DNA of 40,421 nt, from positions 1 through 40,421 of IMG/VR virus record IMGVR_UViG_3300010376_000069; one strand, given 5' to 3'. The notes beneath the pieces were generated by a model that was given only the letters and a program-made list of their open reading frames with translations, was not told where the DNA came from and ran no database searches. The translations under genes were made by a program, and so were the position numbers. This DNA is from a virus (Duplodnaviria > Caudoviricetes). This document shows, in pieces, positions 29,295 through 37,519 of the stretch; the first letter of the stretch is position 1; the number at the start of each line of letters is the position of its first letter.

Positions 29295-29302
29295 GAGGGC
29301 AC

Positions 29303-29551
29303 ATGGCTGAGACCAAAGACCGCAGCATGAACGCAGAGCTACTCGCTGGCATGGTGGACGGCACCTACAAGCGGGTCATCCGCGACCGCAGCAACTACCC
29401 CGATCCTGACCGGCGACTCCAGCGCGCCGACAAGCTGGCTTTGTGCCATGAGGGTGGCAGTGGCTTCGGGGTGGCTGAGCTACCGGAGAAGCGCACGCCG
29501 GATGGTCGCTTCACTTATGACCAGGGCTTCATCCCCCCTGTGACGGGGTAA
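29303..29551 (+). CDS. Hypothetical protein (82 aa)
   Basis: SD AGGAGG; stop overlaps next start. Confidence 0.7.
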   Translation: MAETKDRSMNAELLAGMVDGTYKRVIRDRSNYPDPDRRLQRADKLALCHEGGSGFGVAELPEKRTPDGRFTYDQGFIPPVTG

Positions 29552-30075
29552 TGCCTCGCCTCCTGGTCTGCCGGGAGTGCAAGACCATCGAGCAACTCCC
29601 GCTCTATGACGGCCCGCCTCAGCTTGAGGCCCAGGATCCCCTCCTGGACAATCTCGTGCGTCGGCATGTCCAGGCCCATGGTGACATCACTCCGGACAGC
29701 GCGGCCCTCCTGGTGGCCTCTGAGGATCCCTGCAACTGTGTCAAGTGCCGGGGCCGCAGTGGCAGTTTCTGGGACGCCCACCGCAACGAGGTGCTGGGTG
29801 GCCTCAAGGAGCGCTGGACCGGCTTCCACCCGGAGTACTACGCCACCAAGGATACCTACGCAGAGGACGCCCTGCGCTGCTACCGGATCCACCGGGAGCC
29901 GAAAGGCACCGACTGCATTGACTACCGCGACGACAGCCGCAAGCTCTCGGGCAGGAACTGGCCCAAGGATAAGTCGGTCTACCTGTGCGACTTCTGCCCG
30001 GTGAAGGTCTCGGTCGACACCGCCATCCGCTGGGCGGCTGGGATGTACAAGAAGGAGCCTGGCGAGGTTGACTGA
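29551..30075 (+). CDS. Cys/His-rich probable Zn-binding protein
   Basis: CREC, H..AH, CNCVKC, C...H..P...C, CDFC. Confidence 0.72.
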   Translation: MPRLLVCRECKTIEQLPLYDGPPQLEAQDPLLDNLVRRHVQAHGDITPDSAALLVASEDPCNCVKCRGRSGSFWDAHRNEVLGGLKERWTGFHPEYYATKDTYAEDALRCYRIHREPKGTDCIDYRDDSRKLSGRNWPKDKSVYLCDFCPVKVSVDTAIRWAAGMYKKEPGEVD

Positions 30076-30364
30076 AATGAACGGTTCAGACCCAGTCCCC
30101 CAGGAAACGCCGCCCCAGGAGGTGGTCACCCTCTTCCTGATCGTGGTCGACCCGGACGGTTCTTCCAGGGCGGTCCTGAACACCGAAGAGCGGTTCATGG
30201 CGCAGCGGATCGCTACCCCTAAGGATGTGTACCCGGCGCTCGCCAACGTCCTGGCTGATTTCCAGGGCCTCAAGACTGCTGAGGCCATGTTCAGCTTCCA
30301 GATGCAGATGGCCCGCTCCTCCCAGGAGGCCAGCCAGGCTGCCGGTCAGTCGGAGGAGACATGA
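30068..30364 (+). CDS. Hypothetical protein (98 aa)
   Basis: TTG start after GAGG; overlaps both neighbours. Confidence 0.65.
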   Translation: MTEMNGSDPVPQETPPQEVVTLFLIVVDPDGSSRAVLNTEERFMAQRIATPKDVYPALANVLADFQGLKTAEAMFSFQMQMARSSQEASQAAGQSEET

Positions 30365-31263
30365 GCTACGACAGCATGTTCAAGCTCGGCAATGACCCCG
30401 ACTTCCAGGGTCGTGTCAGGGTTTGCGCCTACCAGGAGTGCCAGGCCACTCTGGATGACTTCGATCACCCTGACTGGTCGAACCTGGCCTATGACACCCT
30501 GCGGGGCGCGGACCACGTCATGGAGGCGTGGATCCGTATGGTGGCGAGGTTCCCTGGTGTCGCGGATGCTGCCGGTGATCCACCGGACCAGAGCCAGGTA
30601 CCTGATGACGCCATTCAGGCGGCAGTTGTGGAGAGCTATCCCATCGTTGCCAGTATGTGGTACAACCCGAACGGCACAGTCTGGAGTGGCCTGTTCAATC
30701 CTGACCTGCCCCCAACGACGGCTCTGCCTCCTGAGCAACCAGGAGAACCTGTCATCCCTGTGATCGCTGAGGTGGTTCCCACCAGTGGGCCAGGTGGCAC
30801 CGTGATCGAGGTTCGGGGCATGACCCTAGCCAGCGCCACCATTGTCAACATCGGGGCGGACTTGACCGACCTCACGGTCACCGATGCCACCATCATCGGC
30901 ACCCTCCCCGATGGTGTCGACCCAGGCGTCTATCCCGTCCTGGTCAGTTTTGTAGATGGCACCGTCACCGAAGGCCCGGACTTTGAAGTCACTGAGTCTG
31001 CGCCTCCCTCTTCTCCGGAGGTCACCAGCTTCACCCCGAACAGCGGAGGTCAGGGCACCACGGTCGTCATCTTGGGGACTCTCTTGAGCGGTACCACCAA
31101 CGTCAATATCGGTAAGGACTTGACCAACCTCACCGTCAACAGTGACACCCAGGTGACCGCCACCCTGCCCTCCTACACACCCCCCCAGAAGGGTGATCTC
31201 CCGGTTGTGGTCACTGTCGATGGGGCCAACTACACCGCTCCCAATACGTTCAGGGTCACATAG
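30361..31263 (+). CDS. Protein with two C-terminal IPT/TIG (Ig-like) domains
   Basis: PVIAEVVPTSGPGGTVIEVRG and PEVTSFTPNSGGQGTTVVILGT; SD GGAG. Confidence 0.8.
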   Translation: MSYDSMFKLGNDPDFQGRVRVCAYQECQATLDDFDHPDWSNLAYDTLRGADHVMEAWIRMVARFPGVADAAGDPPDQSQVPDDAIQAAVVESYPIVASMWYNPNGTVWSGLFNPDLPPTTALPPEQPGEPVIPVIAEVVPTSGPGGTVIEVRGMTLASATIVNIGADLTDLTVTDATIIGTLPDGVDPGVYPVLVSFVDGTVTEGPDFEVTESAPPSSPEVTSFTPNSGGQGTTVVILGTLLSGTTNVNIGKDLTNLTVNSDTQVTATLPSYTPPQKGDLPVVVTVDGANYTAPNTFRVT

Positions 31264-31421
31264 TTCGCCCCTGGCTCGGGCCTCCAACATGGCCTCGCAG
31301 TACTTGCCCAGTAGACCTGCCTCATAGAGACGCTTGAAAACCTCCACCTTCCAGGTAACCGGGTCTGAGCGGTTGGGTCTCACAAGCGTCTCCAGAGGCC
31401 CCTAGAGGCCCCTGTGACCGA

Positions 31422-31622
31422 CTACAGCCGCATCTGGGCTGTCCAGCCTTCAAAGTACTGGTAGGCGTCTTCCAGGGGTACAGGGTCAGCGTGCTCATGG
31501 CCGCAAGCCCAGTCCCCCCAAGGATCGCGGTAGCAGGGGGGACCGGACTCGTCATGCACGAGGAACGTGCGCCCAGAGCGAGGGAGGTTCTGGGAGGTGA
31601 TGATGCCCTTCTGAGTCGCCAT
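31422..31622 (-). CDS. Hypothetical protein (66 aa)
   Basis: ATG 31622 overlaps the upstream TGA; MATQKG...CGHEH...YFEGWTAQMRL. Confidence 0.55.
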   Translation of the reverse strand: MATQKGIITSQNLPRSGRTFLVHDESGPPCYRDPWGDWACGHEHADPVPLEDAYQYFEGWTAQMRL

Positions 31623-32269
31623 CAGGTGATGATGACGCCCCCGGTCAGGGTGCCGGTGCCAGCAGGGGCAGTGACCACCACGTTGGCGGGGGACATGGCC
31701 GTCGTCAGGGTGGTTGTGGTGGTGACGGTGATCAAGCTCGGGCTGACCACGGTGAAGCCAGGTTGCGCTACGCCACCAATGCTGACAGCGGTGGCTCCAG
31801 TGAAGTCGGCCCCCTGGATCTGGACAGCAGTGGCGACACCGTGAGTGAGGATGCTCGGCTGGCACGACTGCACCACCACCGGGTTGGTGACGATGCCGGT
31901 GATGGCCGTGACGGCATTGCCAGCGTTGGTCTGGGCCGTCTGCTGGCGGGTCTTCTCAGCGGCCAGGGAGATGTTGGCAGCCGCTTCACGGGCGTTGATG
32001 GAGGCATCAGGTCGGACCACTGAGGCTGTCGCCACACCCTGGAGGGCCTGGGCTGGCCCCTGAGCCGGGGCACCGGGGCCGGGGCTGTAGGGAGGAGGCT
32101 GCGGACCCTGGGACTCGTCACCCCAGAGAGGCAGGTAGGACGGCGACTGGGACCACAGGGTGGTGCTCACGTTCCAGGCCGGGACGGCGGCAGCGGCAGC
32201 CTGGTTGGCCGGAAGCTCCAGGGTGTTGAGGATGTAGGGGTTTGCCAGGGGGTTGTAGGGCGTTGCCAT
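31622..32269 (-). CDS. Protein with C-terminal IPT/TIG domain
   Basis: PVVVQSCQPS..VQIQGADFTGATAVSIGG..FTVVSPSLITV..VVVTAPAGT. Confidence 0.75.
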   Translation of the reverse strand: MATPYNPLANPYILNTLELPANQAAAAAVPAWNVSTTLWSQSPSYLPLWGDESQGPQPPPYSPGPGAPAQGPAQALQGVATASVVRPDASINAREAAANISLAAEKTRQQTAQTNAGNAVTAITGIVTNPVVVQSCQPSILTHGVATAVQIQGADFTGATAVSIGGVAQPGFTVVSPSLITVTTTTTLTTAMSPANVVVTAPAGTGTLTGGVIIT

Positions 32270-32850
32270 CAGGCGTTGGCCTCCTCTTTCTCAGCTTCCG
32301 ATTCGACCTCGCCGCCCTCTTCCCGCTCGGCTAACTGGCCCACGGTGAGGTACCGCGTCTCCATGTCCTCTGGCTCTGGCTCCTCAAGCTCGACGGCAGG
32401 AGGATGGGCCAACTGCTCCAGGCTCAGCGGAGACTCCAGGAGGCTCCCCCCAGTGAGGCGAGGATCCTCTGGATGGCCGTACAACTCGATCTCGTTGTTG
32501 GCTGCCGCCAGGCGGTCATCCTCTGGCACCAAGGACTCGTCCACCAGGACGCCCTGGGCGATGAACTGCTGGGCTGCTCCGGTCCTGGCCGGTAGCTCCC
32601 AGGGGCTGAAGACGGTGGGCGGGTAGTAGGCATCCATCGGAGGCGGTGGCTCGTCTAGTTCGCCTTCCCTGGCTTCTACCTGGCCCTCGCTCTCAGTCTG
32701 AGGCTCGTCGCCAGCGGCGAGGTCGACCAGAGTGGACGTATGGGCGTGAGGGGAGTACTCCACGCCGCGCTCATCCAGTAGGGCCTTGAGATCCTCGCGG
32801 TCCATCGCTTCCAGGTCTTCACGGGTGGGGGCAGCGTCAGTCATGCCCAT
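32269..32850 (-). CDS. Acidic protein with N-terminal HeH/LEM-like helical motif
   Basis: DLEAMDREDLKALLDERGVEY...TLVDL. Confidence 0.65.
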   Translation of the reverse strand: MGMTDAAPTREDLEAMDREDLKALLDERGVEYSPHAHTSTLVDLAAGDEPQTESEGQVEAREGELDEPPPPMDAYYPPTVFSPWELPARTGAAQQFIAQGVLVDESLVPEDDRLAAANNEIELYGHPEDPRLTGGSLLESPLSLEQLAHPPAVELEEPEPEDMETRYLTVGQLAEREEGGEVESEAEKEEANA

Positions 32851-32902
32851 AGTCTTGTCGACCGGCTCAGGGGGGCCTTGACCACCCGGCTACGATCCTG
32901 CT

Positions 32903-33100
32903 ATGGCATTCGCTGAGGTTCCGGAGATCGCCGCTGAGGCTGGGGCTGGAGGTGGTGAGGCTGGTGCTGGTGAGGGCATGACCCCGGACTTCAATGACCT
33001 GCCCGTGAAGAAGATCACGAGCGCCATCGGAGGGATGATCGGTACCGGTGGTGGTGACAAGGAGCGTGCAAATATCGGGCCGATAGGGAGCATGATCTAG
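32903..33100 (+). CDS. Small Gly/Ala-rich protein, probably leaderless
   Basis: TACGAT -10 at 32891-32896, 6 nt before ATG; followed by a hairpin. Confidence 0.6.
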   Translation: MAFAEVPEIAAEAGAGGGEAGAGEGMTPDFNDLPVKKITSAIGGMIGTGGGDKERANIGPIGSMI

Positions 33101-33127
33101 CCCGCATTTTCCCAGGCCAGGGACGCG

Positions 33128-33156
33128 AGAAGGCCCCCTTCTCCAGGGGGCCTTCT
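33128..33156. terminator. Probable bidirectional terminator hairpin
   Basis: AGAAGGCCCCCT-TCTCC-AGGGGGCCTTCT perfect 12-bp stem between convergent units; no long U tract. Confidence 0.75.
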
Positions 33157-33218
33157 GCATGGCTACAGAGCTACCACACTCTGACCGCAACAACCAACCG
33201 AGTGGAGGTTCCCGTGGT
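33128..33218 (-). ncRNA. Candidate small RNA (about 90 nt)
   Basis: Extended -10 TGCTACAGT (33234-33226) with no start codon behind it; ACCAC/GTGGT and ACTC/GAGT stems; ends in the terminator hairpin. Confidence 0.45.
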
Positions 33219-33236
33219 GGGCCTCACTGTAGCAGG

Positions 33237-33584
33237 TTACGACGCCTTTTTGCCGGAGCGCACCAGCACCCGGCTCTCCTGGGCCGTCTCTTCCTGCCCG
33301 TCTGAGTCCTTCTTGAACTCCTGGAGGCCCCGGCGAGCCAGGGTCTGCTGCACGTACTGGTAGGGCCAGTTGCCCAGGAGTCGGGAGATCTCCATGATCC
33401 CCTGGCCTCCCAGGAACAGTTCCACGATGGTCTCGTCGCGGATCTGGGACTCGTCCCACTTCGCCATGGGCGACTCGGAGCAGTCCTGGCTACACCAGAA
33501 CACGAACCGTCCTATGCGACGGCGCGCCCCCATGAAGGTGCCGCAGCAGCGGCAGTGCATCTCCAGTAGCTCTTCGTCAGCCAT
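33237..33584 (-). CDS. Zn-finger plus helix-turn-helix DNA-binding protein
   Basis: CRCCG...WCSQDC; IVELFLGGQGIMEISRLLG..YQYVQQTLARRG. Confidence 0.72.
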   Translation of the reverse strand: MADEELLEMHCRCCGTFMGARRRIGRFVFWCSQDCSESPMAKWDESQIRDETIVELFLGGQGIMEISRLLGNWPYQYVQQTLARRGLQEFKKDSDGQEETAQESRVLVRSGKKAS

Positions 33585-33718
33585 CAGTTCGGCCTCCCTC
33601 CGCTACGGGCGCACTTCACTGACGCTCCCTTGCGCGGGAAATGTCGGTACAGCTTGCCGGTCTTGGTCAGAGCGACACGCCTGCCGCAGTACGGACAGGT
33701 CGCTTTGGTCGAAGCCAT
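33584..33718 (-). CDS. 44-aa Zn-finger protein (absent from the ORF track)
   Basis: MASTKATCPYCGRRVALTKTGKLYRHFPRKGASVKCARSGGRPN; TGATG overlaps at both ends. Confidence 0.72.
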   Translation of the reverse strand: MASTKATCPYCGRRVALTKTGKLYRHFPRKGASVKCARSGGRPN

Positions 33719-34020
33719 CAGCCCACCTTCCTGAGAGCCGCGATGATGTCGTCGGTGTAGCTCTCGGGGAAGACGGCCCCGGACATGTTCTCTCCGTTGG
33801 GCAGCAGGTTGATGCCCACCCGGATGAGGTTCTCCCGGAGACCGGTCTTGATCCTGGTGATCCGCACCTCTCGGTTGTCAGCCAGGGTGACCCGGCTAAC
33901 GATCTCAGGGGCCAGGAGGCTCTCGGTCAACGGGGTGACGTTGGTCTTGGCCGGAGTCCTGCTGCGCGGAGTGGTTTTCTTGGTAGGGGTAGTCATTTTC
34001 CTGGGTCTACTTTCTGACAT
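33718..34020 (-). CDS. Hypothetical protein with basic N-terminal tail
   Basis: Collinear, overlapping neighbours. Confidence 0.65.
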   Translation of the reverse strand: MSESRPRKMTTPTKKTTPRSRTPAKTNVTPLTESLLAPEIVSRVTLADNREVRITRIKTGLRENLIRVGINLLPNGENMSGAVFPESYTDDIIAALRKVG

Positions 34021-35017
34021 GGAACACTCGGTCTTTCTCTATGAGGGGTAGGTGCTCAGGCCCCTTGATGCTTGCGGACACAGTGGTCTCACGGTAGTTG
34101 CCGTGCTTGTCGATCCACCGTCGCTTGTGCTCCCTGGAGCGCCAGCGGTGGGTCCAGAGCACAGTCTGGGGCACATGGTCGGGGTCAGTGTGCTGTGTGG
34201 GACGGTCGACGGGCCGTAGCTCTACGACAGTCACCTCTGATAGCGGGCTGTGCGCCCGCTTGAGCCGCTTCAGCATGGGCCTGTCGGCTGGCATGCGGAA
34301 GGGAATCTGCTCCTGGACGAACTCCCAGAGGGAGATCAGGAAGCCATAGAAACGGTTCTGGGAGACCGCGTAGCTGTCAGCGTTCTCCTGGTAGATCTGG
34401 GCTGCCTTGGGGTCACCGTGTAGCTCCACGAGGAAGCCGTTGTCGAAGTCCCTGGCAGCCAGGTTCTGGACCCGCTGGCCCCACAGGATGGGGTTGATGT
34501 GCTGGAGAGGTAGCTCGCACAGGGAGACAGTGTCCTGCTTGCCCCAGCGTTGGTAGAGATCCCGATTGATCTCATCCAGTTCGTCTCTAGCGTCGGTGAA
34601 CTGGGCAATGACCACGCCCTGAGGCTCTTCAGACCATAGGATGCCCTTGATGGACATGACCCGGCCCCTGGCATCGAGGATGTGGATGGGTCGCTCCAGG
34701 TAGATGAAGCCCCGCTCGCAGGGCAAGTCCTGGGGCAGCACCACCTCGTGCTCGTGGGCCTGGTAGGCGTCGGTGAAGTCCCACAGGCGGGCGATGATCT
34801 CCCGGCGCACATAGAAGGTCTCAGCGGTGTCGAGCCGGGATATGAGGTACTCATCGATCTTGGCCGGGTTGCCTGCCTTGTCCTTGATGATGGCGTAGTG
34901 ATCAACGATCTTCTGGAACTCCTCGATGAAGCCGTGCCGGTAGCTCGATGTCGACCACCAGCGGACGAGGTCGACCTGCTTCTCCAGGACATCGATGGGT
35001 CGGTAGACGGTGGTCAC
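34007..35017 (-). CDS. Hypothetical protein (336 aa) of a type seen in actinophages
   Basis: DLPCERGFIYL, VVELR, HRWRSREHKRRW, IKGPEHLPL. Confidence 0.75.
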   Translation of the reverse strand: MTTVYRPIDVLEKQVDLVRWWSTSSYRHGFIEEFQKIVDHYAIIKDKAGNPAKIDEYLISRLDTAETFYVRREIIARLWDFTDAYQAHEHEVVLPQDLPCERGFIYLERPIHILDARGRVMSIKGILWSEEPQGVVIAQFTDARDELDEINRDLYQRWGKQDTVSLCELPLQHINPILWGQRVQNLAARDFDNGFLVELHGDPKAAQIYQENADSYAVSQNRFYGFLISLWEFVQEQIPFRMPADRPMLKRLKRAHSPLSEVTVVELRPVDRPTQHTDPDHVPQTVLWTHRWRSREHKRRWIDKHGNYRETTVSASIKGPEHLPLIEKDRVFHVRK

Positions 35018-35478
35018 GGCCAGATCGCCTCAGGACTCCGCTCGATGCGGCGTAGTCGTTCCTTGTCGTAGGGCACCCAGACTGGCTGCCCAGTGTCCTC
35101 GATCTCCTCGATGACCCGGTAGTAGCGGTCGTACTTCGCCCGCCGCTTGCGCCGCCCCAGCCAGTACCAGAGAGCCAGGATGGGCAAGCAAAAGACGATG
35201 AATACCCAGTCGACCTCGATGAACAGCACGGAGGTACCGGCCCCCAAGAGGAAGCCGGTGTACCACCGCGACCAGAGGTCTTTCTGGTTCTCCATCAGGC
35301 CCATGCACCCGTAGGGGTCCATGTACCGGCCCAGCCGACGCTTGCCTCTGACCATGCGGTACGAGGGAGCCGGAGGATTCTCATCCCCACGTAGCTGCGC
35401 CCAGTAGTTCTGGGACTCCAGCAGGTAGGGGTAATACTTTGGGTGGCCCCCGTAGTTCTGTGGTAGTTCGATTGCCAT
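35014..35478 (-). CDS. Membrane protein (two TM segments), leaderless
   Basis: WYTGFLLGAGTSVLFI and WVFIVFCLPILALWYWL followed by RRKRR. Confidence 0.7.
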   Translation of the reverse strand: MAIELPQNYGGHPKYYPYLLESQNYWAQLRGDENPPAPSYRMVRGKRRLGRYMDPYGCMGLMENQKDLWSRWYTGFLLGAGTSVLFIEVDWVFIVFCLPILALWYWLGRRKRRAKYDRYYRVIEEIEDTGQPVWVPYDKERLRRIERSPEAIWP

Positions 35479-35484
35479 GGTCTC

Positions 35485-35493
35485 AGTATAGCA
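35485..35493 (-). promoter_or_regulatory. Extended -10 promoter TGCTATACT, leaderless
   Basis: TGnTANNNT 6 nt upstream of ATG 35478. Confidence 0.7.
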
Positions 35494-35522
35494 TGCGGCA
35501 TGGAGTTGTGAGCGTCACCATG

Positions 35523-35783
35523 TCACTCTTCGTCTTCGTCGTCCTCGTCAGGCTCCAGTTCGTCCCAGCCCTTGGCTGAGCCGATCTGATCGCCCACGTA
35601 GCTGACGTGTGACCGGAAGACGTTGATGGCCTTGTCGAGGGCCTCCTTCGCTTCGGTCACTGCGGTCATGGCATCCTCTTCGCTCACCGGCTTGCCGTCC
35701 GCATGGACGTAGTTCTCCATGAGGTAGCGGACCACCTGGCTGCGAGAGGTGGTGTCCTCGTCCCCGTAGTAGCGCTTGCTCAC
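35523..35783 (-). CDS. Hypothetical protein (86 aa) with acidic tail
   Basis: GTG 35783 in GTGA overlap. Confidence 0.62.
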   Translation of the reverse strand: MSKRYYGDEDTTSRSQVVRYLMENYVHADGKPVSEEDAMTAVTEAKEALDKAINVFRSHVSYVGDQIGSAKGWDELEPDEDDEDEE

Positions 35784-35971
35784 TCGTTCACCCCCTCTCC
35801 TGTCTTGACCTTCTTCCAATCGACCCCGAACGCCTCCAGGGCATTACGTAGCCTGGTGATGTAGGGCACGTAGACCTGGCAGGTAGGGTTCCTGGGATTG
35901 AGGGGAGGGTCACAGGCCACCTCGATGGCAGCCAGGAACACCTCGTACTCGGGGGTGCCCTCCTCGATCAT
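35780..35971 (-). CDS. Hypothetical protein (63 aa)
   Basis: ATGA and GTGA overlaps with neighbours. Confidence 0.6.
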   Translation of the reverse strand: MIEEGTPEYEVFLAAIEVACDPPLNPRNPTCQVYVPYITRLRNALEAFGVDWKKVKTGEGVNE

Positions 35972-37425
35972 GACCGGTAGTCGGACAGCTTGGCGGGGCA
36001 GGACCGTAGCTTGGCTCCGATGTCTGCGATGTCGCGGATGAATCCGTCAGTGAAGTGGTCGCCTTGAGTGTGATGGGTGAACTCGTGGATCACCAGGGCG
36101 TCCAGGGCCTCCTGGGTCACGGTCTTGGGGAAGTGCCGCCCGACGTTGCGGAAGTAGATGGTCATGGTGCGCCCGCCCCAGGAGGCAGAGGATCGCTTCT
36201 GCCCGGTGCTCGCCATCGAGTACTCGACGTCGGGAGCAAAGCCCAGGACGTGCTTGCCCAAGGCGTGGATGTAGTCCTCCACCTGGAACATCTCCGGAGT
36301 CCAGTCGGCCCGCCTGATGGGTGGGATGCCGTCCGGACTTGTCGGAACGTGGGTCTGGATGACCTGGCCCGCAGGCTTGAAGGTCTGTCGCTCACGCATG
36401 CGGTCCCACATGTCAGTGCTCAGTGTTCGACCGCCGATGACCTGACGACCCTGGTCGTAGGCCCGCTTGACTGCCTCTGGATTGGAGGGGTCCATGATGA
36501 CGGCGTTCTTGCCATAGATGCCCTCCATCACTGAGTCGAACGCCTCGTCGCTGGCGGTGGCGACCACGTCCTTCACCCAGGTGGACTTCTGGTCGACTGA
36601 GGTGAGGATGTCGAAGGTGGCGTTGAGAGTGACCTCTCGCAGCTTGCGGAGGTAGCTGGGCTTGACGTTGTCGCGGCTGGTGGACAACGGCACCTTCTGC
36701 CCGATGTTGACGTGGAACCGCCCGTCATGTTCGACAACGGGGATGCCCAACTCCAGGATCCAGGCGGGGCCGTGAGCCTCAAACAACTCAACGTCGGTCT
36801 GGCGTCTGGTCTCGTGCATCTGGCCCTCTGCGTCCCAGTAGACAGTGTCGAGGGTCTCCTTCACTGCCTTGACCGGAGCGGGCCGCTCGATGACCGTGTC
36901 ATTGAACTTGAAGGTGATGCCCTCCGGCACGATGATGGCCTGCACCAGGGTGACGAACTCGGCAGCCTCCTGCTTGTTCATCTTGTAGTGGGCCGTCAGT
37001 ACCGTGCCCATCGTGGTCTTCTGCGTGGACTCACTGCGACCCGCCTCACTGAAGTCGACGGTGCCAGTGGTGGACTGGATGGACAGAGCGGCGTACCTGC
37101 CGTCAGTGCAGAGGGCGACGATCTCCTTCTCCCCCTGGCCGTAGCGGCCACGAGCGGTGGGATCGCCGCGCCGTTCCGATGCAGCGAAGAGGGTGTACGC
37201 ATCCTTCAGGTTCTTGAAGCCGTCTGGATCGTTGTCCTTGACTGTAAGGGTGGCCCAGCCGTTCTCTTGCGAGAAGGTGACCAGCACCACCGTGGTTCCT
37301 TTGGGATCGAGCGCATTGGAGAGGGCTTCCATCATGACTCGGGGTTTCCCCTTTGCCTGCAAGGTTTCGCGGAAGCCCGCGATGTCAATCTCCAACACGG
37401 TTTGGGTATGGGTAGTTTTAGCCAT
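35968..37425 (-). CDS. GHKL (HATPase_c) ATPase with C-terminal zincin motif
   Basis: EALSNALD, VKDNDPDG, RGRYGQGEK, GT; C-terminal LVIHEFTHH...DHF; leaderless ATG 37425. Confidence 0.82.
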   Translation of the reverse strand: MAKTTHTQTVLEIDIAGFRETLQAKGKPRVMMEALSNALDPKGTTVVLVTFSQENGWATLTVKDNDPDGFKNLKDAYTLFAASERRGDPTARGRYGQGEKEIVALCTDGRYAALSIQSTTGTVDFSEAGRSESTQKTTMGTVLTAHYKMNKQEAAEFVTLVQAIIVPEGITFKFNDTVIERPAPVKAVKETLDTVYWDAEGQMHETRRQTDVELFEAHGPAWILELGIPVVEHDGRFHVNIGQKVPLSTSRDNVKPSYLRKLREVTLNATFDILTSVDQKSTWVKDVVATASDEAFDSVMEGIYGKNAVIMDPSNPEAVKRAYDQGRQVIGGRTLSTDMWDRMRERQTFKPAGQVIQTHVPTSPDGIPPIRRADWTPEMFQVEDYIHALGKHVLGFAPDVEYSMASTGQKRSSASWGGRTMTIYFRNVGRHFPKTVTQEALDALVIHEFTHHTQGDHFTDGFIRDIADIGAKLRSCPAKLSDYRS

Positions 37426-37431
37426 GTACAC

Positions 37432-37512
37432 AGTGTAGCACACCTCCACATGTAAGTGTTGTCACCCCCATGTGGAGAGGTGACCACACTTGTCTGCTCG
37501 CTGTGCTATGCT
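37432..37512. promoter_or_regulatory. Divergent leaderless extended -10 promoters flanking an inverted repeat
   Basis: TGCTACACT (-, 37440-37432) and TGCTATGCT (+, 37504-37512); AAGTGTTGTCACC/GGTGACCACACTT 12-of-13 inverted repeat at 37454-37491. Confidence 0.72.
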
Positions 37513-37519
37513 GTAGGCC

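Noticed and set aside
30826-31383. 185-aa minus-strand ORF with a plausible helical first 41 aa
   Set aside because: More than 430 nt is antisense to the well-supported IPT/TIG gene; it cannot be supported as a gene.
31394-31413. Tandem AGAGGCCCCT duplicate
   Set aside because: Only two 10-nt copies with no supporting context.
33162-33233. 72-nt segment closed by GCTACAG/CTGTAGC, resembling a tRNA acceptor stem
   Set aside because: No D-arm, anticodon arm or canonical 7-nt T-loop on either strand; one arm coincides with the promoter -10.
302-37455. Many long antisense or alternate-frame ORFs in the track (for example 302..1117, 25947..26975, 36712..37455)
   Set aside because: They are shadow ORFs expected from high GC3, overlap better-supported genes and lack recognisable motifs.
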